From IMG/VR virus record IMGVR_UViG_3300027833_000016: a DNA stretch of 64,000 nt; one strand, 5' to 3'. Numbering within the stretch: the first letter of the stretch is position 1; every line of letters starts with the position of its first letter. Below, piece after piece: positions 1 through 9,898 of this stretch. Source of the stretch: a virus. The position numbers were made by a program, and so were the translations under genes. Under the pieces are notes generated by a model. It saw only the letters and a list, made by a program, of their open reading frames with translations. It searched no databases and was not told where the DNA came from.

Positions 1-3000
1 ACAACTATTATCCCTCGTAAGGGATATACGATGCAAGACATCAACAAGTTGGAAGAGAAACTTGATCGTCTAGAAGAGATGACTACACTTTCATTACTTG
101 AGTTGAACACTAAGTTCTTGCAGGTATTAGATAGTTCTGGTGTTGATCGTTCTAAGGCAGGTTTCTTTGTAGATAACTTCTCTAACCATTCCCACACTTC
201 GATAGGGACTCATGTTGGTGGCGGTGGTAAGTCTTCGATTGATCCCCATGCTAAATTGATGCGTCCTACTTACTCAGAAGATGCTATCGATATGTACTAT
301 GATAGTAATCACTCTCTACAGTTAAACACTGTTAAGAAGGGTGACTTCGTTACACTAGATTACTCTACGGTTGGATACCAATCACAAGAACTTGCATCTA
401 ATACAGAGAACCTTGCACCATTCTATGTGCAGACTTCTATTGGCGCATTGTCAATATCTCCTGAAACTGATAACTGGTTTGATACACAGAAAATCGGTGA
501 GACTGTTGTGGGTACTGCAACCGAACTAGACTTAACCCATGCTTTATCTTGGAACAACTCTGAGAACTCTTGGTATGGTGTTGATCCTAGTGAACTGGAT
601 GTTGGTGATGCTTCTAACTCATTCGTCTCTGGTACTTCTACTCAGGTTACTCACAATTCATTAGACCCAATCCTCATTGGTACTCAGGTGAGTGAAAAAC
701 TAGGTGAGTGGGTTAAAGTTGGTAACGTAACTGATGTCGAAACACTGTATACCGAGACAGTAGAAATCTCTAGGGAACGTGAAGAAGAAATCTCACGAAC
801 TGTTATCGATTCATATTGGCAATCAATCGTGGACGGCACTTGGGAAGATTACTGGGGCGACTGGGAAGGTCACTGGGATGGCGCGAACTGGGATGGCGCG
901 TATGGCGTAGGCACTGAGTTTTGGTATGGCGATTTCGGTCTAGGTGGAAATAGTTACGGTGGCGGTGGTCTTTATGGTTGGGGTGCTTTCGACTGGTCAT
1001 TCGAAGAAATCACTACAGATATGTGGGATGTTATTACTTCCGAAACAAGAGAGACTGTACGAACTGCTAACACTTCTACATACGAAGCAACTCGAACAAT
1101 CAATACAGAGAATACCTACGAAGGTACTGTAGAGACAACTACTGCCACAAGCACTTCAAGCACAGTAAACCGTGTTGCAAGTGAGTCAACTATTCGAGAC
1201 ATTATTGGTACTCGAATCGTAGATGTTGCAGTTATACCATTCATGCGTCCTATTAGAATCAACTTCAAAGCAGAAGGACTTCGTGCTAACACACAGTACT
1301 ACCCATTCTTTGACGGTGAGAACGTATCTACTTTCTGTAGAGAAGAGACTGTATACCAAACTTATGGTGACAAGTCTTATACTCTTGCACAAGGTGTTGA
1401 AGATGATGAGGGGACTCAACGTCCTACACAGGATCACTCACAGGGCAAGACTAACTTAGTCGCCAATGCAGACGGTGAGATCATAGGTTCTTTCGAAGTT
1501 CCTAACGGTACTCACATGAGATTCAAGACTGGTAGTCGAACCTTTGCACTGTATGATATTAATGCTTCGGATCGTCACTCTGCTATGTCTTTTGCTGAGA
1601 CAGTATTTACTTCGTCAGGTGTTTTGAATAAGACCGAAGATAACGTACAAGTAACTCGCATACTCAAGATTGTTGGTGGTTCGACTGTTTCAGTTGAAAC
1701 CTCTACGGCAGTTGAGAATACAGTATGGACAGAGAGTGTTGTAACTACCGAGGTTGCCACCGATGTTAAATCAACATCTACTACCACTGTAATTGCAGGG
1801 GATCAGTCAACTACGCGTGAACACGTCGATCAGACTGTTGTAGTGGACTACGGTTGGGGAACTTATCCAGTAGATCATACTACTGACACAGTAACTCCTC
1901 CCGGAGGTTCTGGTACACCAGAAACTCAACCACCAGAGCAAGTTCCTAACAGAAATAGAAGTAAAGGCAACCGAGGAATGCAACAATCGGGAGCAAGATA
2001 TGTCGATCCTATTGCACAGACTTTCCAAGTACTAGAAGCAGGTGGTATCTTCATGCCTAGTGCTGAAGTATACTTTGCAACTAAGGGTAGCACTTCGGTA
2101 AGATGTGAGATTCGTCCTGCTGTTCAGGGAAGACCTTCTTCTACTTCTATCTTGGCATTCAAGGTTCTTAAAGCAAGTGAAGTTAACTTGGTACCGGCAG
2201 GTTCTACAAACAAAGAGATGCTACAAAACTCTACTAAGTTTATATTTGACAATCCTCTGTTCCTTGCTCCGGGAGAATACTCAATTGTATTAATTCCTAC
2301 AGACAACAACCCAGACTATAATGTCTATGTTGGTACTGTTGGTGAGTTCCAGTTGGGATCATCTACTGCGTTTATCTCACAACAACCAACTCTGGGTGGA
2401 TTCTTTAAATCTCAGAACGGTAAGTTATGGGAACCATCTAGTGACATTGACTTATGTTACAGACTTAACTGTTGTCAGTTTGTTAGTAGCGGTAATGCGA
2501 TATTTGAGAACAGTAATGTATCACCACAAGCACTAGGCAAAGACCCATTACTTGTTGACTCAGGCAGTAACGTTCGAGTAATGTTACAGGGTCATGGTTT
2601 ACGCGCAGGTGATATGACTTGGATTCGTGGTATTGACTCCGCAACTAACTTTGGTAATGGTCTTACTGGTGCTGATGTAATTGGCCCTAGAACAGTCATC
2701 CAAGCAGATAACTCTGGTTACACATATGCCGCAGATGCTAACGTAACTTCTCGTAAGTGGTTCGGTGGTTCTTCTGTGACTTCACAACGTAACATTAACT
2801 TTGACAGACTCAAACCAATAATGAACTTAACTCAACCTTCTTCGACTAACATTACGTTGTCTATGAAGACTACTAGTCAATCTGCTCTGGCAGGTGATCA
2901 GATTAGGTTCGTAAAAGATAGTAAGTTTAATATTGTTGAGAACAACAAATGGATTGAGTTTGCTCAACCAAAAGCAATCTACAATAGACGTACCGAGAAC

Positions 3001-3564
3001 TTGACTGGTGCCGGTAAGTTAGCAGGTAATAGATCTGCTACTCTACAGGTTACTATGGCAACGACTAACCCATTCCTATCTCCAGTACTTGATCTGGAAG
3101 GAATGAGTCTGAATGCTTGTGCTAACTTGATATCTAAACAAGACTCTGCCGCAACTGTCGGTTACAATGTTCCGTTAACTTATGTATCAGAGAGATCACC
3201 TCTCAATGGTACCGAATCTGCGAAGCATATAACTAAGGTTACTACTCTAACAGATGCCGCAGTTGGTCTCAAGATATTACTTGCCGCTAACCGTCCTCCT
3301 GAGTCTGACTTCCAGATTTACTGGAGAGTGGCGAGTGCTTCAGATCCTATCCAGAAGATGGCATGGACTATTGCAGATGCAGAAGTATCCCCACAACCAG
3401 ATACGAACAAGAACGTGTTCCGTGAGTATCGTTACCTAGTAGGTGGTGAAGGTGGTACTATGAGTCCATTCACGCAGTTCCAAGTCAAGATTGTTATGCG
3501 ATCTACTAACAGTGCGAAATGTCCTACCTTCCGTGACTTACGCATAATGGCATTGGCAGTATAA
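1..3564 (+). CDS. Large virion structural protein (VrlC-like/DUF4815-type baseplate-tail protein), 5' end outside window
   Basis: Frame is open from base 1 (TTIIPRKGYTMQDINKLEEKLDRLE), so the ATG at 31 is internal. Motifs GFFVDNF, PFMR, YVDPIAQTF, GGFFKSQNG and the C-terminal FQVKIVMRS...FRDLRIMALA are typical of this marine T4-like family. Confidence 0.75.
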   Translation, partial: TTIIPRKGYTMQDINKLEEKLDRLEEMTTLSLLELNTKFLQVLDSSGVDRSKAGFFVDNFSNHSHTSIGTHVGGGGKSSIDPHAKLMRPTYSEDAIDMYYDSNHSLQLNTVKKGDFVTLDYSTVGYQSQELASNTENLAPFYVQTSIGALSISPETDNWFDTQKIGETVVGTATELDLTHALSWNNSENSWYGVDPSELDVGDASNSFVSGTSTQVTHNSLDPILIGTQVSEKLGEWVKVGNVTDVETLYTETVEISREREEEISRTVIDSYWQSIVDGTWEDYWGDWEGHWDGANWDGAYGVGTEFWYGDFGLGGNSYGGGGLYGWGAFDWSFEEITTDMWDVITSETRETVRTANTSTYEATRTINTENTYEGTVETTTATSTSSTVNRVASESTIRDIIGTRIVDVAVIPFMRPIRINFKAEGLRANTQYYPFFDGENVSTFCREETVYQTYGDKSYTLAQGVEDDEGTQRPTQDHSQGKTNLVANADGEIIGSFEVPNGTHMRFKTGSRTFALYDINASDRHSAMSFAETVFTSSGVLNKTEDNVQVTRILKIVGGSTVSVETSTAVENTVWTESVVTTEVATDVKSTSTTTVIAGDQSTTREHVDQTVVVDYGWGTYPVDHTTDTVTPPGGSGTPETQPPEQVPNRNRSKGNRGMQQSGARYVDPIAQTFQVLEAGGIFMPSAEVYFATKGSTSVRCEIRPAVQGRPSSTSILAFKVLKASEVNLVPAGSTNKEMLQNSTKFIFDNPLFLAPGEYSIVLIPTDNNPDYNVYVGTVGEFQLGSSTAFISQQPTLGGFFKSQNGKLWEPSSDIDLCYRLNCCQFVSSGNAIFENSNVSPQALGKDPLLVDSGSNVRVMLQGHGLRAGDMTWIRGIDSATNFGNGLTGADVIGPRTVIQADNSGYTYAADANVTSRKWFGGSSVTSQRNINFDRLKPIMNLTQPSSTNITLSMKTTSQSALAGDQIRFVKDSKFNIVENNKWIEFAQPKAIYNRRTENLTGAGKLAGNRSATLQVTMATTNPFLSPVLDLEGMSLNACANLISKQDSAATVGYNVPLTYVSERSPLNGTESAKHITKVTTLTDAAVGLKILLAANRPPESDFQIYWRVASASDPIQKMAWTIADAEVSPQPDTNKNVFREYRYLVGGEGGTMSPFTQFQVKIVMRSTNSAKCPTFRDLRIMALAV

Positions 3565-3794
3565 TGAAACGCACATTGACTGCTGTAAAAGATGAACCCG
3601 ATTTTGCCAGAGATGGTGAGTCGGGTGGCATTATTAATATAAATAGAACTGAGATACAGAATGCTAAAGAACGGAAGAAGAACCGCCAAGCAAAACTTGC
3701 GGATGAAAAGAATCTGAAGGATAAGGTAAGTAATCTCGAAAATGATATGCGAGATATTAAATCCTTACTTTCACAACTAGTAGAGAAACTATAG
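3564..3794 (+). CDS. Small conserved hypothetical protein (RDxxSGGIIN motif, C-terminal coiled coil)
   Basis: TAATG coupling to the upstream gene; usual neighbour of the VrlC-like gene. Confidence 0.65.
   Translation: MKRTLTAVKDEPDFARDGESGGIININRTEIQNAKERKKNRQAKLADEKNLKDKVSNLENDMRDIKSLLSQLVEKL
3638..3645 (+). promoter_or_regulatory. gp55 late promoter
   Basis: TATAAATA upstream of 3795. Confidence 0.6.
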
Positions 3795-6590
3795 ATGTCA
3801 AGACCATTTACTAAATTATCAGACTCGTTTAAGATATTACGAGACAACCTGAATACGACATCGTATAACGTTGGCGATCCAGATAACTTACTTACTTATG
3901 GTGACAGTGATGTTGTCATGGCGATCAACGAGATCGAAAGAGTCTTTGATGCTTCGGCAGGTGAAATATTATATCCTACTGGTAATGCCCTACAAGGCGA
4001 GACTGCAACTCGACTATTGATTAGTACTGCACAAGCAAGTGGTACTGATATTCAAATGAATGTCGGAGCAAACTTCAACGTCAATGCAGTAGGTGATATT
4101 AACCTAGATGCAGGTGGAGCGAACATCAACTTCCTTGATGATTCGGTTGCACGTTTCAACTTTACATTGGGTGGAACTAACGTAGTAGACGTTACTGGTA
4201 TCCTTGACCTTAATATTTCAAGTGACCTAGATGCAGATATTGCAGGTAACTCAATACTTACAACTACTGGATCTCAAACTCAAGAGGGTACATCCCTTAA
4301 CTTAGACTTCTCTGGTGATATCACCTTAGATGCTGATGGTCAAAACATCATCTTTAAGAATGGCGTAGGCGGTGATACAGTAACGCATACTCTTCTCGAC
4401 AATGCAAAGTACACTATTGCCGCACCTGATGACTACACTATTGATGCTGTAGGAGATATAGTACTTGATGCGGGTGGAGACAATATAACACTGAAGGATT
4501 CAGGTACTACTCGTATCGGTTATACCCTTGGTGCTACAAATACTATTACGACTACTGGCAACTTAACAAACAATACGTCTGGTGCAGTAGTTGATTCTGC
4601 CGCATCATACACAGGTACATTCACTGGTGCATATGCTACTACCGCAGGTGGTAATCAAACTGCCACAGTGGGTGGTAACTATGTCCTAGATGCAAACGGT
4701 GACATAACCCTAGACGCGAACGGTAATGATATTATCCTTCGTGATGGTGCAGATGATCGAATCAAACACACACTTGGTGCTACTAACACTACTGCCGTGA
4801 CAGGTAACTATACTGTCGATGCGTCTGGAGACATTGTTCTCGATGCAGGTGGTAATGACTTAGACATTAAAGGTGCAGGTACTACTCGTTTCGCATATGG
4901 TCTTGGTACTAGTAACACAATAGATGTTACAGGAAACTTAACACAGACTATTGCAGGTGCTTATTCAGATAGTGCTACTGGTGCTTATCATATTGGTGCT
5001 ACTGGCGCACTTGACATTGTTAGCGCGTCAACTTTAGTAACTAGTTCTAAGGCACAGACTCACACATCTAACGGTGCATATAACGTCAATGTAACAGGTG
5101 CCGCTAAGATTGCCGCATCAACTACTATCACATTAGACGCGGCAGGGGATATTATCCTTGACGCGGCAGGTGATGACGTAATCCTTAAAGATGCAGGGAC
5201 AGAGTACGGAAGATTCAAACACGCAGGTGCCAATCAATTAGGTATCTACTCTAATGGTATCCTGACTGCAACACTGAATGACTCAGACATTGTATTCAAC
5301 AACGATGTTAACATTGAGAATGATCTTGATGTAGACCGTGACTTGAATGTTGATCGTAACACTACCTTAAATGGTAATGTTGATCTGGGTAATGCTACTG
5401 GAGATACTATCTCTTTCCTTGGTCGTGTTGATACAAACATCGTACCAAGCACAGACGGTACTCGTGACCTTGGTTCTGCCTCACTAGAGATGCGACATGG
5501 TTTCTTCGATGGAACAGTAACTACTGATAGTCTTGTCACAGACAGTGCAGACATTGCTAACTTTAATGTTGTTTCCAATACAATAAGTAATCCTAATGCA
5601 GTGACCCTAGATGGTGGTAATGCCATTAATCTAGACACTCATACTGGTTCGTTGACAATGAAGAAAGCAGGGACTACTCGTCTTGCATATACGCTTGCCG
5701 CGAACAACGTATTAAATGCGACTGGTAGTTTGACTACTAATGCTACTACCCTGATAAAGGACTCTGCTACTACTAGTCACACAACTGTAGCAGGTACTTC
5801 GATAGTACATACCGCAGGTACCACACTGACTAATACGTCTGGTGGTGCAATGCAACAAACGTCTGGTGGAAACTGGACTGCGACTGTAACAGGTGCCGCT
5901 AAGATAGATGCGTCAACTACCATCACATTAGATGCGAATACAGACATTGTTCTTGATGCAAATGGTGGTGACGTATATCTCAAAGACAACGGAACACAGT
6001 TTGGTCGATTCCAAAACAGTAGCAACCAGTTAGATATATACTCTGGGACTACACTTGCAGTAGCAATGGACGCAAGCAAAGTAGAGATTCATGGTCGCGC
6101 ATTCTTCGTAGACAGTGGCGTGAATACTGTTGCACAGAACATAGCAGGTTCTATCAATGAGATACATACCCAGTTAGATTCGGCAGTATCAGAGATCCTT
6201 GTTAACAAGGGAAACATTGCTACCAATGATGCAGAACTTGCAGATCATCTTTCAAGACTTGATTCTGATAGTACTCAGTTGGCAGTTAACATTGGAAGAC
6301 TCGATTCTGATAGTACTCAGTTGGCAGTTAACATTGGAAGACTTGATTCTGATGCTACTTTCTTGCAGTCTAACCTTGGTAAGATAGACACTAATACAGC
6401 AAACATAGCGACTAACGTAAGTAACATTACTGCTGTCAATACTTTGGTAGGAACTCTGAATACATTAGATTCTTCTGCTCCGGGCGGTTTCTTCAAAGGT
6501 ATAAATAATGATAGTATCGTTAAAGCGTTAAATGAACTGGCAACTAGAACTGTCCTTATCTATGACGAAAGCGGTACTCTTCTAAACTAA
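3795..6590 (+). CDS. Tail fibre-like structural protein with repeated DAxGDIxLDAxGxDxxLKD modules and C-terminal coiled coil
   Basis: G/T/D/N-rich; about 6 copies of the module; heptads near the C-terminus; ends IYDESGTLLN, like the 19212 gene (VYNSSGSLLN); late promoter at 3638. Confidence 0.7.
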   Translation: MSRPFTKLSDSFKILRDNLNTTSYNVGDPDNLLTYGDSDVVMAINEIERVFDASAGEILYPTGNALQGETATRLLISTAQASGTDIQMNVGANFNVNAVGDINLDAGGANINFLDDSVARFNFTLGGTNVVDVTGILDLNISSDLDADIAGNSILTTTGSQTQEGTSLNLDFSGDITLDADGQNIIFKNGVGGDTVTHTLLDNAKYTIAAPDDYTIDAVGDIVLDAGGDNITLKDSGTTRIGYTLGATNTITTTGNLTNNTSGAVVDSAASYTGTFTGAYATTAGGNQTATVGGNYVLDANGDITLDANGNDIILRDGADDRIKHTLGATNTTAVTGNYTVDASGDIVLDAGGNDLDIKGAGTTRFAYGLGTSNTIDVTGNLTQTIAGAYSDSATGAYHIGATGALDIVSASTLVTSSKAQTHTSNGAYNVNVTGAAKIAASTTITLDAAGDIILDAAGDDVILKDAGTEYGRFKHAGANQLGIYSNGILTATLNDSDIVFNNDVNIENDLDVDRDLNVDRNTTLNGNVDLGNATGDTISFLGRVDTNIVPSTDGTRDLGSASLEMRHGFFDGTVTTDSLVTDSADIANFNVVSNTISNPNAVTLDGGNAINLDTHTGSLTMKKAGTTRLAYTLAANNVLNATGSLTTNATTLIKDSATTSHTTVAGTSIVHTAGTTLTNTSGGAMQQTSGGNWTATVTGAAKIDASTTITLDANTDIVLDANGGDVYLKDNGTQFGRFQNSSNQLDIYSGTTLAVAMDASKVEIHGRAFFVDSGVNTVAQNIAGSINEIHTQLDSAVSEILVNKGNIATNDAELADHLSRLDSDSTQLAVNIGRLDSDSTQLAVNIGRLDSDATFLQSNLGKIDTNTANIATNVSNITAVNTLVGTLNTLDSSAPGGFFKGINNDSIVKALNELATRTVLIYDESGTLLN
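6254..6353 (+). repeat. 42-bp tandem repeat x2.4 encoding RLDSDSTQLAVNIG (two heptads)
   Basis: aagact(t/c)gattctgatagtactcagttggcagttaacattgg starts at 6254 and 6296, with a partial copy at 6338. Confidence 0.9.
6500..6507 (+). promoter_or_regulatory. gp55 late promoter
   Basis: TATAAATA upstream of 6603. Confidence 0.65.
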
Positions 6591-6602
6591 GTAGGAAAGA
6601 GA

Positions 6603-9600
6603 ATGTCGAATAATAAGACATTACCGTTAAAGTTAAAAGACAGTGATGGTAATCTCCAACAGATCAGTGCAACGGAGAAGAACTATGTTGCCTACCTTGC
6701 AGGACTACAGAACGCGCAAGCGGATAGTAGTGATGTAGGTCTTCTCACGCTTGCCTCTAGTGGAAACCGAGGAATCGGTTCCACCCTAGACACCTACTAC
6801 CCAGAACCAGTAGGTACGCATCCTTACGACCAAGTTTCGGTAATCAGTAGCACAAAGAACCTGTTCCAGATTAATGGTACGGCAAGCGAAGCAGATAGTG
6901 ACTTCCGTCTACCCATTGCTCATTTCGGGGCGCACGTTTACGAACAACCTGCTTCGAACTTCAATGCCTTTAGTGATGAGATCAATGCTCGTATTGCTCT
7001 ATCGGACTATCCGGGATCTTTAAAGTTATCTCCAACTGCTCCTAGTTCTGACTATAGCATACTAGTACCTTCTGTCCTGTTAGATAAACGTGCCGACTCC
7101 GCAGGTAATGCGATTATCATTAACGATTACTCTATCTGGCGTAGAGATACAATGACTGCACCTAGTGCTATCCTTGATAGTAAAGGTGGCATATCAAGTC
7201 TTGCAGGTATTAAGAGATCCAATGGAGACTCTGGTACATTCCAAGGTATACAGAAATTAACTGACAGGCAGATCCAAGTATCTGTTGGTCAACGCGCAAA
7301 GACTAGACGTGCTATCAGTGGCAACGTTGGTTCATACGAACTTCGTACTGCTTCGCAAGGTGCCCCTGCCACAGGTACTTGGGCATCTAAGGGTACTGCA
7401 ACAAACACTATTCGACTGGTCAATGAAGTTGCGTACACAAGAACTAGTACTCGATCTCGTGGTTCGGCATATGCAAGAACTCGTGTAGGTAACTATACAA
7501 GAAATTCTACTCGTAATGACCCACAGAACTTTGCAGGTAATTATGGAAATACCTATGTAGGTAACTACACCCGAACATTTGCAGGTAACTACACTGGTGA
7601 CTTCACTGGTGACTATACTCGTGACTTTGTAGGTAACTACACTCGTGACTTTGCAGGTAACTATGTTGGTGATTACACTGGTAATTATACTGGCGATTAT
7701 TCTCGTAACTTCACACGCAACCGCGCATCTACGTTTAACCGCACTAGGGCAAGTACTTACGCAGGTAATTATACAGGCAACTATTCCAGAAACTTTGCGC
7801 GTACTCGCGTCTCAAACTATATTCGTGGTCGTGTATCAACCTATCAACGTGGGTTCGCAGGAAACTATACTCGTATAATAGCAGACCAATACGCAGGTAA
7901 CTTCGTTGGTAACTATGCTCGTACTGGTATTGTTTCTAGAATAAGTACCTATACACGAACTCGTATTCAAAATAGAGTATCAAACTACGCTCGTGCTTTC
8001 TTAGGCAACTATGTTGGTGGTTCTGATGGTGGTACTACATATGGTAGCAACACTGCATACGGCAGAACTAGAATCGCTATAAGTACTCGTGACTTCGAAG
8101 GTAACTACGCAAGAAACTTTGAACGTACTCGTGAATCTAACTATGCTCGTAACTTTGCAGGAGAGTATGCAAGAGACTACTTCCGTACATTCGTAGGTAA
8201 CTATGCTCGTGACTTCGCAGGTAACTATATAGGAAACTATGTTGGTGCTGATGGTGGCGGCACTGTTTATGGCACTAACAGAGCATTTGGTCGAACTCGT
8301 ATACAGAACAGAATAAGTACTTACATAGGCAACTATACACAGATTCGTACATCTTCCTATTCAGGTAACTTTACGAGAGGCACTTATTTTATAGGAAACT
8401 ATATTGGAACTGGTTGGCCAACAAGTGAAGTAAATCGATATGTCGGTAACTATAGTGTGGGATATACTCGCATATATGCCGCAAATGCACAAAACTTCCA
8501 AGGTAACTACGCAGGTGATCCATCAAATACTGAGTATGGTGGTTTCTACACTGGTATCGAAAGTACTGCAACATTCACTGGTGACTTTCAGAGAACTAGG
8601 GTGGCACTGGGGGCATTTCATAGGGCATCTAATGTCGGTGATGGAAATTATCTTAGAAATAGTGCCACTGGATACACTAGAACCAAAGCATCTACTATAA
8701 TCTCAGTAAGGGAAAGAGCAAGTACGAATATTTATTATGCCAGAGATGGTTACCCGAAAGGCGGCAATCCGCTATACTATTCTGGTTCAGGTTTCTATAC
8801 AGGTAACTACACAGGCACCGCTAATTTTACTGGCAACTTCCTTAGATTGTTTGTGGGCAACTACGTCCGTACCTTCAATCGAGTATCTAGTCAATCGTTC
8901 AGTAGTGTAACGATTGATACAAGGAACGTAACCTTTACTGGAAACTATCTTGGTAACTATGCTCGTGCCTATGCAGGTACCTATATTGGTAACTATGTAG
9001 GTGCTGATGGTGGTGGCACTGTTTATGGATCTAACACTGCATTTGGTCGAAACAGAAACTCAGGTTACGCAAGAAACTTTGAACGTACTCGTGAATCTAA
9101 CTATGCTCGTAACTTTGAGGGTAATTACTCAAGAGACTTTGCAGGAATACGCAGTAGTTCTTACACAGGAAACTATGTCGGCAACTATGCTCGTACCTTT
9201 GTAGGTGACTATTCTAGAAACTATACGAGAACATTCGTAGGTAATTACACTGGTAACTATCAGAGATTGTTTACTGGTAACTATACAAGAGACTATAACA
9301 GAACTTCTACGCGAACAAGTATCGTTAACAGAACCTCTGCATATAATAGAACTCGTGTATCAAACTATTCTCGTTCTTTCACTGGTGACTACACAAGAAA
9401 CTTTGCAGGTAACTATGCAAGAAACTATTCGGCAGACTATACTAGAATAAGAGCATCATCTTTTTCTAGGACTAGAACTTCTAACTTTACTAGAAACCGT
9501 GGTTCGGCATATGCAGGAGATTACACAAGAACTCGTGTTACTGATTCTGTTGGCGAATATAGTAGAGCATATAGTCGTACCCGAACAAGTAACTACACTA

Positions 9601-9845
9601 GAAACTCTACTAGAGATTCGACCAGAAACCGTGATTCGGCATATGCAAGAACTCGTGGTTCTACTTTTACTAGGTCAAGAACAAGTGCGTATACTGGTGA
9701 CTTCACTGGAGATTACACAAGAAACTTCGAAGGTAACTACTCACGGAACTTTGCAGGTAATTATGTCGGTAACTATGTTGGACAGACTATCGGTAATAGT
9801 ATATTCAACGTGGAGACTTATACCTTATATGTAAGAACTGCATAG
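6603..9845 (+). CDS. Self-complementary repeat protein A (predicted giant beta-hairpin virion fibre)
   Basis: About 278-aa N-terminal domain paralogous to the 9899 gene; xGNY/xRxR/xRxF/xSxY tetrapeptide array; C-terminal ETYTLYVRTA; late promoter at 6500. Confidence 0.8.
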   Translation: MSNNKTLPLKLKDSDGNLQQISATEKNYVAYLAGLQNAQADSSDVGLLTLASSGNRGIGSTLDTYYPEPVGTHPYDQVSVISSTKNLFQINGTASEADSDFRLPIAHFGAHVYEQPASNFNAFSDEINARIALSDYPGSLKLSPTAPSSDYSILVPSVLLDKRADSAGNAIIINDYSIWRRDTMTAPSAILDSKGGISSLAGIKRSNGDSGTFQGIQKLTDRQIQVSVGQRAKTRRAISGNVGSYELRTASQGAPATGTWASKGTATNTIRLVNEVAYTRTSTRSRGSAYARTRVGNYTRNSTRNDPQNFAGNYGNTYVGNYTRTFAGNYTGDFTGDYTRDFVGNYTRDFAGNYVGDYTGNYTGDYSRNFTRNRASTFNRTRASTYAGNYTGNYSRNFARTRVSNYIRGRVSTYQRGFAGNYTRIIADQYAGNFVGNYARTGIVSRISTYTRTRIQNRVSNYARAFLGNYVGGSDGGTTYGSNTAYGRTRIAISTRDFEGNYARNFERTRESNYARNFAGEYARDYFRTFVGNYARDFAGNYIGNYVGADGGGTVYGTNRAFGRTRIQNRISTYIGNYTQIRTSSYSGNFTRGTYFIGNYIGTGWPTSEVNRYVGNYSVGYTRIYAANAQNFQGNYAGDPSNTEYGGFYTGIESTATFTGDFQRTRVALGAFHRASNVGDGNYLRNSATGYTRTKASTIISVRERASTNIYYARDGYPKGGNPLYYSGSGFYTGNYTGTANFTGNFLRLFVGNYVRTFNRVSSQSFSSVTIDTRNVTFTGNYLGNYARAYAGTYIGNYVGADGGGTVYGSNTAFGRNRNSGYARNFERTRESNYARNFEGNYSRDFAGIRSSSYTGNYVGNYARTFVGDYSRNYTRTFVGNYTGNYQRLFTGNYTRDYNRTSTRTSIVNRTSAYNRTRVSNYSRSFTGDYTRNFAGNYARNYSADYTRIRASSFSRTRTSNFTRNRGSAYAGDYTRTRVTDSVGEYSRAYSRTRTSNYTRNSTRDSTRNRDSAYARTRGSTFTRSRTSAYTGDFTGDYTRNFEGNYSRNFAGNYVGNYVGQTIGNSIFNVETYTLYVRTA
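7437..9776 (+). repeat. Coding 12-nt-unit repeat array of protein A
   Basis: Many ggtaacta(c/t) and actcgt units in 4-codon register. Confidence 0.9.
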
Positions 9846-9854
9846 TATAATTCT

Positions 9855-9862
9855 TATAAATA
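9855..9862 (+). promoter_or_regulatory. gp55 late promoter
   Basis: Intergenic TATAAATA upstream of 9899. Confidence 0.85.
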
Positions 9863-9898
9863 AAGATAAGTTAAATTGAACTGATAGAGAATTAATCT

